In this document: in pieces, positions 45,879 through 58,554 of the stretch | Layout of the letters: each line of letters starts with the position of its first letter | How positions within the stretch are numbered: the first letter of the stretch is position 1 | NCBI RefSeq assembly: GCF_036588685.1 | Contig: NC_086383.1 | Location: 70,990,001-71,054,000, forward strand | Source: Mytilus trossulus | Lineage: Eukaryota | Length of the DNA: 64,000 nucleotides | Direction: 5' to 3' | The notes under the pieces: generated by a model | The model's database searches: none | What the model was told of the DNA's origin: nothing | The model's input: only the letters and a program-made list of their open reading frames with translations | Translations under genes and position numbers: made by a program

Positions 45879-48360
45879 TTTGAATGATTCAAAATATTAT
45901 CCTTTACGAAGTTTATACTACGAATAACGATTTGAAAATAACGCCATTCCAGGCCTCGTTTATTTATAACAGACGAACGCGGACCTCGACGAAGACACCC
46001 TTAAAAATAACTTGTAAAATCCATTACGCGATCTCGGTAAAATGATTATGTGCTTCTTCGAAGACTTTTATGATAATTTATAGTATAATTCTATCAAAAA
46101 CATTCACATATAGCATACCAAATTGCTCAACAGTCATTAATCTTGCATGTTAGATAAACTGTGTATTTTTCGATGTACACAGTAAAAAGATATTAATAGT
46201 TAAAGTAGAACCGACTGAATTGTCTTCGCAGGTATGTTGACAGAAAATTTACGAGTTTTTCTCATTACACAAATATTCTATCGTCGTAAAATTGTACAGC
46301 GGAAGAAAAATCATTTCTCTCTAGGTTTCTTTCCGTTTTTATTCACTGGAAGCATGTTCCTCCTCGTAATAAGTTTGTTTCCAGCTAGAGGGAAACACAC
46401 AAAAAGTTCACGCGCCATTGTTTAATTGCAGATTTTTACTAAAACTTCAAATAACATTTTTATTCAACCCGAGCGAAATTTCGCAAACATTCAAGATTCG
46501 AATGAACAAACCCAATATCTAGAATACGAATTTGAAACATCTTTTTATTTAATTTAGCGTTGGGAACTTTTCAGAGAGCGACTTTGTTTTCAGTGGATCT
46601 CAGGCACTGAACAACTGTTCTGTATGATGCGTATTCGCTTTTATTTCCATTTTCATGTACAATTTGCGCTCTTTCAAGTCAAAAACTCGAATATGTCTTA
46701 TAGAATATACCATATTTTTCAACAAAATATATTTAATTAATTTTATTATCAATAACCGATGATCAGAGCTCAAAGTGGCCTGGCCGCCTGAAAGTTTCGA
46801 TACAAACAAAAACAAAACACGAAGATTTTTGTAGTTTTATAATTCGAAAGTGGTACATATCATTTGTATCTTAATTGACAATTACAAAAGTTCATTTATT
46901 TCCCCTAAAAAAGGGGAATGTGTGTCACAGTGAAGACTCTAGCTATACATATGCATTATACCTATATAAGCTATGCAAGTGAACCCAGAACCGGTAACGG
47001 GTGAAGCAGCATCCCGTGACACGGACGATTAAAAAGAGACGGAAGGACAAAAACACATCAGTGTGAACCATTGGACTTTGGGCAAAACATTTTCCCACTG
47101 TATTGAACTAAACCGCCAGCCCCTCCCCCTTTTTCCAAAAAAAACAAAATCCGGAGAAAAAAGGGGGGATATATAATAGGGTTCTCTTTTGAAGACATAT
47201 TAGCATAGCGTTTAATGGATGTTAGTACAAGATGTAATATGCTGTGTGTGTGGTTTTCTTCTTCATTAAGGCCAAATAAAAAAAAGAATATGTGTGCTTC
47301 CTACTCCCTATCTACCTTATATTTTAAGCTTAGTCATAGCATACCTTAAAGATTTTTTTTTTTTTTATCATTTTCCAATAAGCACAGATTTTTCAGTCTC
47401 CCATGTACGTATATACTAGTAGGCTATGTTTGTGTGTGTCGTTAAGGTGCTGTCATTTCAATATGAAAATAAAGAAGGAGATGTGGTATGATTGCCAATG
47501 AGACAACTATCCACCATAGTTCAAATGAAGTGGATGTAAGCAATTATAGACAACTGTATAGATGATCTTCAAAAATGAGAGAGAAAAAAACCTATACCGT
47601 GAACCTACAATTCACGCGATACCTGTTATCAGAGAAATAACTTTTTCTTACTTTTGTACCACTGTCCGTCCATCCATCCTTGTGTTTGTTCATCACAGTA
47701 GTCACATGTGACGTCACTGTATTGTTTCGGGTTTATTCACCTCGCGTGCTGTCGACAGATTAAAACGACATAGCAAAGATACAGTCAAGTCGTCACACAC
47801 TAAATAACAGAGAGAAAAAAGAAGAGAAAAATCACAGGACAACCATTTGAAAGAAACATAGAAACAAGTAGGTGCATTTATTTTATACACGAGTAAAACA
47901 AAGGTGAAATTCTAAAGGTAGAGAATAGTGAAATTTGCATAATAAATCGCAGGTAATAAAATGACAAAATAATTGCAGAACTGTTAAATGTTGAACAAAA
48001 ACCTCCGTACTTTAGAGTTTCCTTCTAAATTTTAATACACAATATTATTGTAGTAATTTTGACAAATAATAAATAAAAAAATAAATATATATAACAGACA
48101 AACGTCACTGCATTCATTTGCTACTAATCTGATTTTGACGATACGTTATACATCTTTTGTATTGTGTACATTTTAACAGTTTATTTATATAGTACTGAAA
48201 AAAAAGTACTGAGTTTAATTTCAGAGTTACCTCCCCATTGGCTAGTTGATATGAAATAGTGAGCCAACCTTTGACTTTGCATACGTGTAGAAAAAGTCCA
48301 ACTAAAAATGTCAGTCAAGTTGAACACGAAGAAGAAGAGAGAAATGGAAAAAACTCATAT

Positions 48361-48460
48361 NNNNNNNNNNNNNNNNNNNNNNNNNNNNNNNNNNNNNNNN
48401 NNNNNNNNNNNNNNNNNNNNNNNNNNNNNNNNNNNNNNNNNNNNNNNNNNNNNNNNNNNN
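48361..48460. other. Assembly gap (100 N)
   Basis: N run. The flanks imply at least one H1 gene is missing inside the gap. Confidence 1.
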
Positions 48461-50936
48461 GAAGCATGTTCCTCCTCGTAATAAGTTTGTTTCCAGCTAG
48501 AGGGAAACACACAAAAAGTTCACGCGCCATTGTTTAATTGCAGATTTTTACTAAAACTTCAAATAACATTTTTATTCAACCCGAGCGAAATTTCGCAAAC
48601 ATTCAAGATTCGAATGAACAAACCCAATATCTAGAATACGAATTTGAAACATCTTTTTATTTAATTTAGCGTTGGGAACTTTTCAGAGAGCGACTTTGTT
48701 TTCAGTGGATCTCAGGCACTGAACAACTGTTCTGTATGATGCGTATTCGCTTTTATTTCCATTTTCATGTACAATTTGCGCTCTTTCAAGTCAAAAACTC
48801 GAATATGTCTTATAGAATATACCATATTTTTCAACAAAATATATTTAATTAATTTTATTATCAATAACCGATGATCAGAGCTCAAAGTGGCCTGGCCGCC
48901 TGAAAGTTTCGATACAAACAAAAACAAAACACGAAGATTTTTGTAGTTTTATAATTCGAAAGTGGTACATATCATTTGTATCTTAATTGACAATTACAAA
49001 AGTTCATTTATTTCCCCTAAAAAAGGGGAATGTGTGTCACAGTGAAGACTCTAGCTATACATATGCATTATACCTATATAAGCTATGCAAGTGAACCCAG
49101 AACCGGTAACGGGTGAAGCAGCATCCCGTGACACGGACGATTAAAAAGAGACGGAAGGACAAAAACACATCAGTGTGAACCATTGGACTTTGGGCAAAAC
49201 ATTTTCCCACTGTATTGAACTAAACCGCCAGCCCCTCCCCCTTTTTCCAAAAAAAAACAAAATCCGGAGAAAAAAGGGGGGATATATAATAGGGTTCTCT
49301 TTTGAAGACATATTAGCATAGCGTTTAATGGATGTTAGTACAAGATGTAATATGCTGTGTGTGTGGTTTTCTTCTTCATTAAGGCCAAATAAAAAAGAAT
49401 ATGTGTGCTTCCTACTCCCTATCTACCTTATATTTTAAGCTTAGTCATAGCATACCTTAAAGATTTTTTTTTTTTTTATCATTTTCCAATAAGCACAGAT
49501 TTTTCAGTCTCCCATGTACGTATATACTAGTAGGCTATGTTTGTGTGTGTCGTTAAGGTGCTGTCATTTCAATATGAAAATAAAGAAGGAGATGTGGTAT
49601 GATTGCCAATGAGACAACTATCCACCATAGTTCAAATGAAGTGGATGTAAGCAATTATAGACAACTGTATAGATGATCTTCAAAAATGAGAGAAAAAAAC
49701 CTATACCGTGAACCTACAATTCACGCGATACCTGTTATCAGAGAAATAACTTTTTCTTACTTTTGTACCACTGTCCGTCCATCCATCCTTGTGTTTGTTC
49801 ATCACAGTAGTCACATGTGACGTCACTGTATTGTTTCGGGTTTATTCACCTCGCGTGCTGTCGACAGATTAAAACGACATAGCAAAGATACAGTCAAGTC
49901 GTCACACACTAAATAACAGAGAGAAAAAAGAAGAGAAAAATCACAGGACAACCATTTGAAAGAAACATAGAAACAAGTAGGTGCATTTATTTTATACACG
50001 AGTAAAACAAAGGTGAAATTCTAAAGGTAGAGAATAGTGAAATTTGCATAATAAATCGCAGGTAATAAAATGACAAAATAATTGCAGAACTGTTTAATGT
50101 TGAACAAAAACCTCCGTACTTTAGAGTTTCCTTCTAAATTTTAATACACAATATTATTGTAGTAATTTTGACAAATAATAAATAAAAAAATAAATATATA
50201 TAACAGACAAACGTCACTGCATTCATTTGCTACTAATCTGATTTTGACGATACGTTATACATCTTTTGTATTGTGTACATTTTAACAGTTTATTTATATA
50301 GTACTGAAAAAAAGTACTGAGTTTAATTTCAGAGTTACCTCCCCATTGGCTAGTTGATATGAAATAGTGAGCCAACCTTTGACTTTGCATACGTGTAGAA
50401 AAAGTCCAACTAAAAATGTCAGTCAAGTTGAACACGAAGAAGAAGAGAGAAATGGAAAAACTCATATAATGACAAAAATGATTTTTCGGTTGAAGGTTAG
50501 CTGTGTGATTTTGACCCCCTTCCCCCTTAAAAAAGAGCACAATAAAACCCTAGCATGACTTCCTATATTCGTAGATTGTCATTCTAACGAAAACTGATTA
50601 GAAAAAGTTTTATTCAGTTCTAACAAGTGCGTGAAAATACACTGATATAACTTTAATGGTGCCTAACTACACAAAAAATATCCAAAAAAAACAGCTGCAT
50701 ACTTAGGTGTTAGAAATAGTATAGTCATAAGGAGTGAAATAAAACAAACAATGGAAATAATTTGACCAAAAAAATATTTCAGAGACCAGTGCAAAGTTCA
50801 GAGAAAGTAGGGCTCAGCTAGATTTAGTTTGATAACTAATGTACAACAATTGTAGATTCTTTTTGAATAAATTGGGTAGCCCTTAAAAGGGCTTTTGGTG
50901 GCTGAATAGCCTCTGCAGACTGAAGTCTGGAACAGT

Positions 50937-51512
50937 TTACTTCTTCTTTGGTGTCTTCTTGGCTTTTGGTTTGGCTGCCTTCTTTTTGGCTGGTGACTTG
51001 GCTGCTGGCTTCTTTGGCTTGGCTGCTTTCTTTGCTGCTGGTTTTTTTGCTTTTGGTTTGGCCGCCTTTTTCTCTCCAGCTGGTTTCTTTGCTGCTGGCT
51101 TCTTTTTCTTGGGTGTGGTCTTTGCCTTCTTAGGCTTGGCGGCCTTAGGTTTGGCTGCTTTTTTTGCCTTTGCTGGCTTCTTTTTAACCACTTTAGCCTC
51201 TCCAATTCTGAAAGAGCCGGATGCTCCAGTTCCCTTGGACTGCTTCAAACTGTTGTTCTTAACTCCGGCTCTGAGTGCAAGTTTTAAATGAGCATTTACT
51301 GACTTGGCATCTTTTCCGACGTTGAAGTTGGCCATGATGTACTTCAGAATTGCTTGCCTTGAGGAACCTCCACGTTCTTTCAAAGCGGCGATGGCTTTTC
51401 CAATCATCTCGCTGTATTTAGGATGTGCGGAAGGCTTCTTTGGCTTGGCTGCTGCCTTTTTCTTTGGTGATTTAGCTGGTGCTACTGCTGGTGCTGCTGT
51501 TGCGTCTGCCAT
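50937..51512 (-). CDS. H1: Histone H1
   Basis: Identical 191-aa protein. Confidence 0.98.
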   Translation of the reverse strand: MADATAAPAVAPAKSPKKKAAAKPKKPSAHPKYSEMIGKAIAALKERGGSSRQAILKYIMANFNVGKDAKSVNAHLKLALRAGVKNNSLKQSKGTGASGSFRIGEAKVVKKKPAKAKKAAKPKAAKPKKAKTTPKKKKPAAKKPAGEKKAAKPKAKKPAAKKAAKPKKPAAKSPAKKKAAKPKAKKTPKKK

Positions 51513-54457
51513 TTTGAATGATTCAAAATATTATCCTTTACGAAGTTTATACTACGAATAACGATTTGAAAATAACGCCATTCCAGGCCTCGTTTATTTA
51601 TAACAGACGAACGCGGACCTCGACGAAGACACCCTTAAAAATAACTTGTAAAATCCATTACGCGATCTCGGTAAAATGATTATGTGCTTCTTCGAAGACT
51701 TTTATGATAATTTATAGTATAATTCTATCAAAAACATTCACATATAGCATACCAAATTGCTCAACAGTCATTAATCTTGCATGTTAGATAAACTGTGTAT
51801 TTTTCGATGTACACAGTAAAAAGATATTAATAGTTAAAGTAGAACCGACTGAATTGTCTTCGCAGGTATGTTGACAGAAAATTTACGAGTTTTTCTCATT
51901 ACACAAATATTCTATCGTCGTAAAATTGTACAGCGGAAGAAAAATCATTTCTCTCTAGGTTTCTTTCCGTTTTTATTCACTGGAAGCATGTTCCTCCTCG
52001 TAATAAGTTTGTTTCCAGCTAGAGGGAAACACACAAAAAGTTCACGCGCCATTGTTTAATTGCAGATTTTTACTAAAACTTCAAATAACATTTTTATTCA
52101 ACCCGAGCGAAATTTCGCAAACATTCAAGATTCGAATGAACAAACCCAATATCTAGAATACGAATTTGAAACATCTTTTTATTTAATTTAGCGTTGGGAA
52201 CTTTTCAGAGAGCGACTTTGTTTTCAGTGGATCTCAGGCACTGAACAACTGTTCTGTATGATGCGTATTCGCTTTTATTTCCATTTTCATGTACAATTTG
52301 CGCTCTTTCAAGTCAAAAACTCGAATATGTCTTATAGAATATACCATATTTTTCAACAAAATATATTTAATTAATTTTATTATCAATAACCGATGATCAG
52401 AGCTCAAAGTGGCCTGGCCGCCTGAAAGTTTCGATACAAACAAAAACAAAACACGAAGATTTTTGTAGTTTTATAATTCGAAAGTGGTACATATCATTTG
52501 TATCTTAATTGACAATTACAAAAGTTCATTTATTTCCCCTAAAAAAGGGGAATGTGTGTCACAGTGAAGACTCTAGCTATACATATGCATTATACCTATA
52601 TAAGCTATGCAAGTGAACCCAGAACCGGTAACGGGTGAAGCAGCATCCCGTGACACGGACGATTAAAAAGAGACGGAAGGACAAAAACACATCAGTGTGA
52701 ACCATTGGACTTTGGGCAAAACATTTTCCCACTGTATTGAACTAAACCGCCAGCCCCTCCCCCTTTTTCCAAAAAAAACAAAATCCGGAGAAAAAAGGGG
52801 GGATATATAATAGGGTTCTCTTTTGAAGACATATTAGCATAGCGTTTAATGGATGTTAGTACAAGATGTAATATGCTGTGTGTGTGGTTTTCTTCTTCAT
52901 TAAGGCCAAATAAAAAAGAATATGTGTGCTTCCTACTCCCTATCTACCTTATATTTTAAGCTTAGTCATAGCATACCTTAAAGATTTTTTTTTTTTTTAT
53001 CATTTTCCAATAAGCACAGATTTTTCAGTCTCCCATGTACGTATATACTAGTAGGCTATGTTTGTGTGTGTCGTTAAGGTGCTGTCATTTCAATATGAAA
53101 ATAAAGAAGGAGATGTGGTATGATTGCCAATGAGACAACTATCCACCATAGTTCAAATGAAGTGGATGTAAGCAATTATAGACAACTGTATAGATGATCT
53201 TCAAAAATGAGAGAAAAAAACCTATACCGTGAACCTACAATTCACGCGATACCTGTTATCAGAGAAATAACTTTTTCTTACTTTTGTACCACTGTCCGTC
53301 CATCCATCCTTGTGTTTGTTCATCACAGTAGTCACATGTGACGTCACTGTATTGTTTCGGGTTTATTCACCTCGCGTGCTGTCGACAGATTAAAACGACA
53401 TAGCAAAGATACAGTCAAGTCGTCACACACTAAATAACAGAGAGAAAAAAGAAGAGAAAAATCACAGGACAACCATTTGAAAGAAACATAGAAACAAGTA
53501 GGTGCATTTATTTTATACACGAGTAAAACAAAGGTGAAATTCTAAAGGTAGAGAATAGTGAAATTTGCATAATAAATCGCAGGTAATAAAATGACAAAAT
53601 AATTGCAGAACTGTTAAATGTTGAACAAAAACCTCCGTACTTTAGAGTTTCCTTCTAAATTTTAATACACAATATTATTGTAGTAATTTTGACAAATAAT
53701 AAATAAAAAAATAAATATATATAACAGACAAACGTCACTGCATTCATTTGCTACTAATCTGATTTTGACGATACGTTATACATCTTTTGTATTGTGTACA
53801 TTTTAACAGTTTATTTATATAGTACTGAAAAAAAGTACTGAGTTTAATTTCAGAGTTACCTCCCCATTGGCTAGTTGATATGAAATAGTGAGCCAACCTT
53901 TGACTTTGCATACGTGTAGAAAAAGTCCAACTAAAAATGTCAGTCAAGTTGAACACGAAGAAGAAGAGAGAAATGGAAAAACTCATATAATGACAAAAAT
54001 GATTTTTCGGTTGAAGGTTAGCTGTGTGATTTTGACCCCCTTCCCCCTTAAAAAAGAGCACAATAAAACCCTAGCATGACTTCCTATATTCGTAGATTGT
54101 CATTCTAACGAAAACTGATTAGAAAAAGTTTTATTCAGTTCTAACAAGTGCGTGAAAATACACTGATATAACTTTAATGGTGCCTAACTACACAAAAAAT
54201 ATCCAAAAAAAACAGCTGCATACTTAGGTGTTAGAAATAGTATAGTCATAAGGAGTGAAATAAAACAAACAATGGAAATAATTTGACCAAAAAAATATTT
54301 CAGAGACCAGTGCAAAGTTCAGAGAAAGTAGGGCTCAGCTAGATTTAGTTTGATAACTAATGTACAACAATTGTAGATTCTTTTTGAATAAATTGGGTAG
54401 CCCTTAAAAGGGCTTTTGGTGGCTGAATAGCCTCTGCAGACTGAAGTCTGGAACAGT

Positions 54458-55033
54458 TTACTTCTTCTTTGGTGTCTTCTTGGCTTTTGGTTTGGCTGCC
54501 TTCTTTTTGGCTGGTGACTTGGCTGCTGGCTTCTTTGGCTTGGCTGCTTTCTTTGCTGCTGGTTTTTTTGCTTTTGGTTTGGCCGCCTTTTTCTCTCCAG
54601 CTGGTTTCTTTGCTGCTGGCTTCTTTTTCTTGGGTGTGGTCTTTGCCTTCTTAGGCTTGGCGGCCTTAGGTTTGGCTGCTTTTTTTGCCTTTGCTGGCTT
54701 CTTTTTAACCACTTTAGCCTCTCCAATTCTGAAAGAGCCGGATGCTCCAGTTCCCTTGGACTGCTTCAAACTGTTGTTCTTAACTCCGGCTCTGAGTGCA
54801 AGTTTTAAATGAGCATTTACTGACTTGGCATCTTTTCCGACGTTGAAGTTGGCCATGATGTACTTCAGAATTGCTTGCCTTGAGGAACCTCCACGTTCTT
54901 TCAAAGCGGCGATGGCTTTTCCAATCATCTCGCTGTATTTAGGATGTGCGGAAGGCTTCTTTGGCTTGGCTGCTGCCTTTTTCTTTGGTGATTTAGCTGG
55001 TGCTACTGCTGGTGCTGCTGTTGCGTCTGCCAT
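54458..55033 (-). CDS. H1: Histone H1
   Basis: Identical 191-aa protein. Confidence 0.98.
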   Translation of the reverse strand: MADATAAPAVAPAKSPKKKAAAKPKKPSAHPKYSEMIGKAIAALKERGGSSRQAILKYIMANFNVGKDAKSVNAHLKLALRAGVKNNSLKQSKGTGASGSFRIGEAKVVKKKPAKAKKAAKPKAAKPKKAKTTPKKKKPAAKKPAGEKKAAKPKAKKPAAKKAAKPKKPAAKSPAKKKAAKPKAKKTPKKK

Positions 55034-57978
55034 TTTGAATGATTCAAAATATTATCCTTTACGAAGTTTATACTACGAATAACGATTTGAAAATAACGCC
55101 ATTCCAGGCCTCGTTTATTTATAACAGACGAACGCGGACCTCGACGAAGACACCCTTAAAAATAACTTGTAAAATCCATTACGCGATCTCGGTAAAATGA
55201 TTATGTGCTTCTTCGAAGACTTTTATGATAATTTATAGTATAATTCTATCAAAAACATTCACATATAGCATACCAAATTGCTCAACAGTCATTAATCTTG
55301 CATGTTAGATAAACTGTGTATTTTTCGATGTACACAGTAAAAAGATATTAATAGTTAAAGTAGAACCGACTGAATTGTCTTCGCAGGTATGTTGACAGAA
55401 AATTTACGAGTTTTTCTCATTACACAAATATTCTATCGTCGTAAAATTGTACAGCGGAAGAAAAATCATTTCTCTCTAGGTTTCTTTCCGTTTTTATTCA
55501 CTGGAAGCATGTTCCTCCTCGTAATAAGTTTGTTTCCAGCTAGAGGGAAACACACAAAAAGTTCACGCGCCATTGTTTAATTGCAGATTTTTACTAAAAC
55601 TTCAAATAACATTTTTATTCAACCCGAGCGAAATTTCGCAAACATTCAAGATTCGAATGAACAAACCCAATATCTAGAATACGAATTTGAAACATCTTTT
55701 TATTTAATTTAGCGTTGGGAACTTTTCAGAGAGCGACTTTGTTTTCAGTGGATCTCAGGCACTGAACAACTGTTCTGTATGATGCGTATTCGCTTTTATT
55801 TCCATTTTCATGTACAATTTGCGCTCTTTCAAGTCAAAAACTCGAATATGTCTTATAGAATATACCATATTTTTCAACAAAATATATTTAATTAATTTTA
55901 TTATCAATAACCGATGATCAGAGCTCAAAGTGGCCTGGCCGCCTGAAAGTTTCGATACAAACAAAAACAAAACACGAAGATTTTTGTAGTTTTATAATTC
56001 GAAAGTGGTACATATCATTTGTATCTTAATTGACAATTACAAAAGTTCATTTATTTCCCCTAAAAAAGGGGAATGTGTGTCACAGTGAAGACTCTAGCTA
56101 TACATATGCATTATACCTATATAAGCTATGCAAGTGAACCCAGAACCGGTAACGGGTGAAGCAGCATCCCGTGACACGGACGATTAAAAAGAGACGGAAG
56201 GACAAAAACACATCAGTGTGAACCATTGGACTTTGGGCAAAACATTTTCCCACTGTATTGAACTAAACCGCCAGCCCCTCCCCCTTTTTCCAAAAAAAAC
56301 AAAATCCGGAGAAAAAAGGGGGGATATATAATAGGGTTCTCTTTTGAAGACATATTAGCATAGCGTTTAATGGATGTTAGTACAAGATGTAATATGCTGT
56401 GTGTGTGGTTTTCTTCTTCATTAAGGCCAAATAAAAAAGAATATGTGTGCTTCCTACTCCCTATCTACCTTATATTTTAAGCTTAGTCATAGCATACCTT
56501 AAAGATTTTTTTTTTTTTTATCATTTTCCAATAAGCACAGATTTTTCAGTCTCCCATGTACGTATATACTAGTAGGCTATGTTTGTGTGTGTCGTTAAGG
56601 TGCTGTCATTTCAATATGAAAATAAAGAAGGAGATGTGGTATGATTGCCAATGAGACAACTATCCACCATAGTTCAAATGAAGTGGATGTAAGCAATTAT
56701 AGACAACTGTATAGATGATCTTCAAAAATGAGAGAAAAAAACCTATACCGTGAACCTACAATTCACGCGATACCTGTTATCAGAGAAATAACTTTTTCTT
56801 ACTTTTGTACCACTGTCCGTCCATCCATCCTTGTGTTTGTTCATCACAGTAGTCACATGTGACGTCACTGTATTGTTTCGGGTTTATTCACCTCGCGTGC
56901 TGTCGACAGATTAAAACGACATAGCAAAGATACAGTCAAGTCGTCACACACTAAATAACAGAGAGAAAAAAGAAGAGAAAAATCACAGGACAACCATTTG
57001 AAAGAAACATAGAAACAAGTAGGTGCATTTATTTTATACACGAGTAAAACAAAGGTGAAATTCTAAAGGTAGAGAATAGTGAAATTTGCATAATAAATCG
57101 CAGGTAATAAAATGACAAAATAATTGCAGAACTGTTAAATGTTGAACAAAAACCTCCGTACTTTAGAGTTTCCTTCTAAATTTTAATACACAATATTATT
57201 GTAGTAATTTTGACAAATAATAAATAAAAAAATAAATATATATAACAGACAAACGTCACTGCATTCATTTGCTACTAATCTGATTTTGACGATACGTTAT
57301 ACATCTTTTGTATTGTGTACATTTTAACAGTTTATTTATATAGTACTGAAAAAAAGTACTGAGTTTAATTTCAGAGTTACCTCCCCATTGGCTAGTTGAT
57401 ATGAAATAGTGAGCCAACCTTTGACTTTGCATACGTGTAGAAAAAGTCCAACTAAAAATGTCAGTCAAGTTGAACACGAAGAAGAAGAGAGAAATGGAAA
57501 AACTCATATAATGACAAAAATGATTTTTCGGTTGAAGGTTAGCTGTGTGATTTTGACCCCCTTCCCCCTTAAAAAAGAGCACAATAAAACCCTAGCATGA
57601 CTTCCTATATTCGTAGATTGTCATTCTAACGAAAACTGATTAGAAAAAGTTTTATTCAGTTCTAACAAGTGCGTGAAAATACACTGATATAACTTTAATG
57701 GTGCCTAACTACACAAAAAATATCCAAAAAAAACAGCTGCATACTTAGGTGTTAGAAATAGTATAGTCATAAGGAGTGAAATAAAACAAACAATGGAAAT
57801 AATTTGACCAAAAAAATATTTCAGAGACCAGTGCAAAGTTCAGAGAAAGTAGGGCTCAGCTAGATTTAGTTTGATAACTAATGTACAACAATTGTAGATT
57901 CTTTTTGAATAAATTGGGTAGCCCTTAAAAGGGCTTTTGGTGGCTGAATAGCCTCTGCAGACTGAAGTCTGGAACAGT

Positions 57979-58554
57979 TTACTTCTTCTTTGGTGTCTTC
58001 TTGGCTTTTGGTTTGGCTGCCTTCTTTTTGGCTGGTGACTTGGCTGCTGGCTTCTTTGGCTTGGCTGCTTTCTTTGCTGCTGGTTTTTTTGCTTTTGGTT
58101 TGGCCGCCTTTTTCTCTCCAGCTGGTTTCTTTGCTGCTGGCTTCTTTTTCTTGGGTGTGGTCTTTGCCTTCTTAGGCTTGGCGGCCTTAGGTTTGGCTGC
58201 TTTTTTTGCCTTTGCTGGCTTCTTTTTAACCACTTTAGCCTCTCCAATTCTGAAAGAGCCGGATGCTCCAGTTCCCTTGGACTGCTTCAAACTGTTGTTC
58301 TTAACTCCGGCTCTGAGTGCAAGTTTTAAATGAGCATTTACTGACTTGGCATCTTTTCCGACGTTGAAGTTGGCCATGATGTACTTCAGAATTGCTTGCC
58401 TTGAGGAACCTCCACGTTCTTTCAAAGCGGCGATGGCTTTTCCAATCATCTCGCTGTATTTAGGATGTGCGGAAGGCTTCTTTGGCTTGGCTGCTGCCTT
58501 TTTCTTTGGTGATTTAGCTGGTGCTACTGCTGGTGCTGCTGTTGCGTCTGCCAT
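57979..58554 (-). CDS. H1: Histone H1
   Basis: Identical 191-aa protein. Confidence 0.98.
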   Translation of the reverse strand: MADATAAPAVAPAKSPKKKAAAKPKKPSAHPKYSEMIGKAIAALKERGGSSRQAILKYIMANFNVGKDAKSVNAHLKLALRAGVKNNSLKQSKGTGASGSFRIGEAKVVKKKPAKAKKAAKPKAAKPKKAKTTPKKKKPAAKKPAGEKKAAKPKAKKPAAKKAAKPKKPAAKSPAKKKAAKPKAKKTPKKK

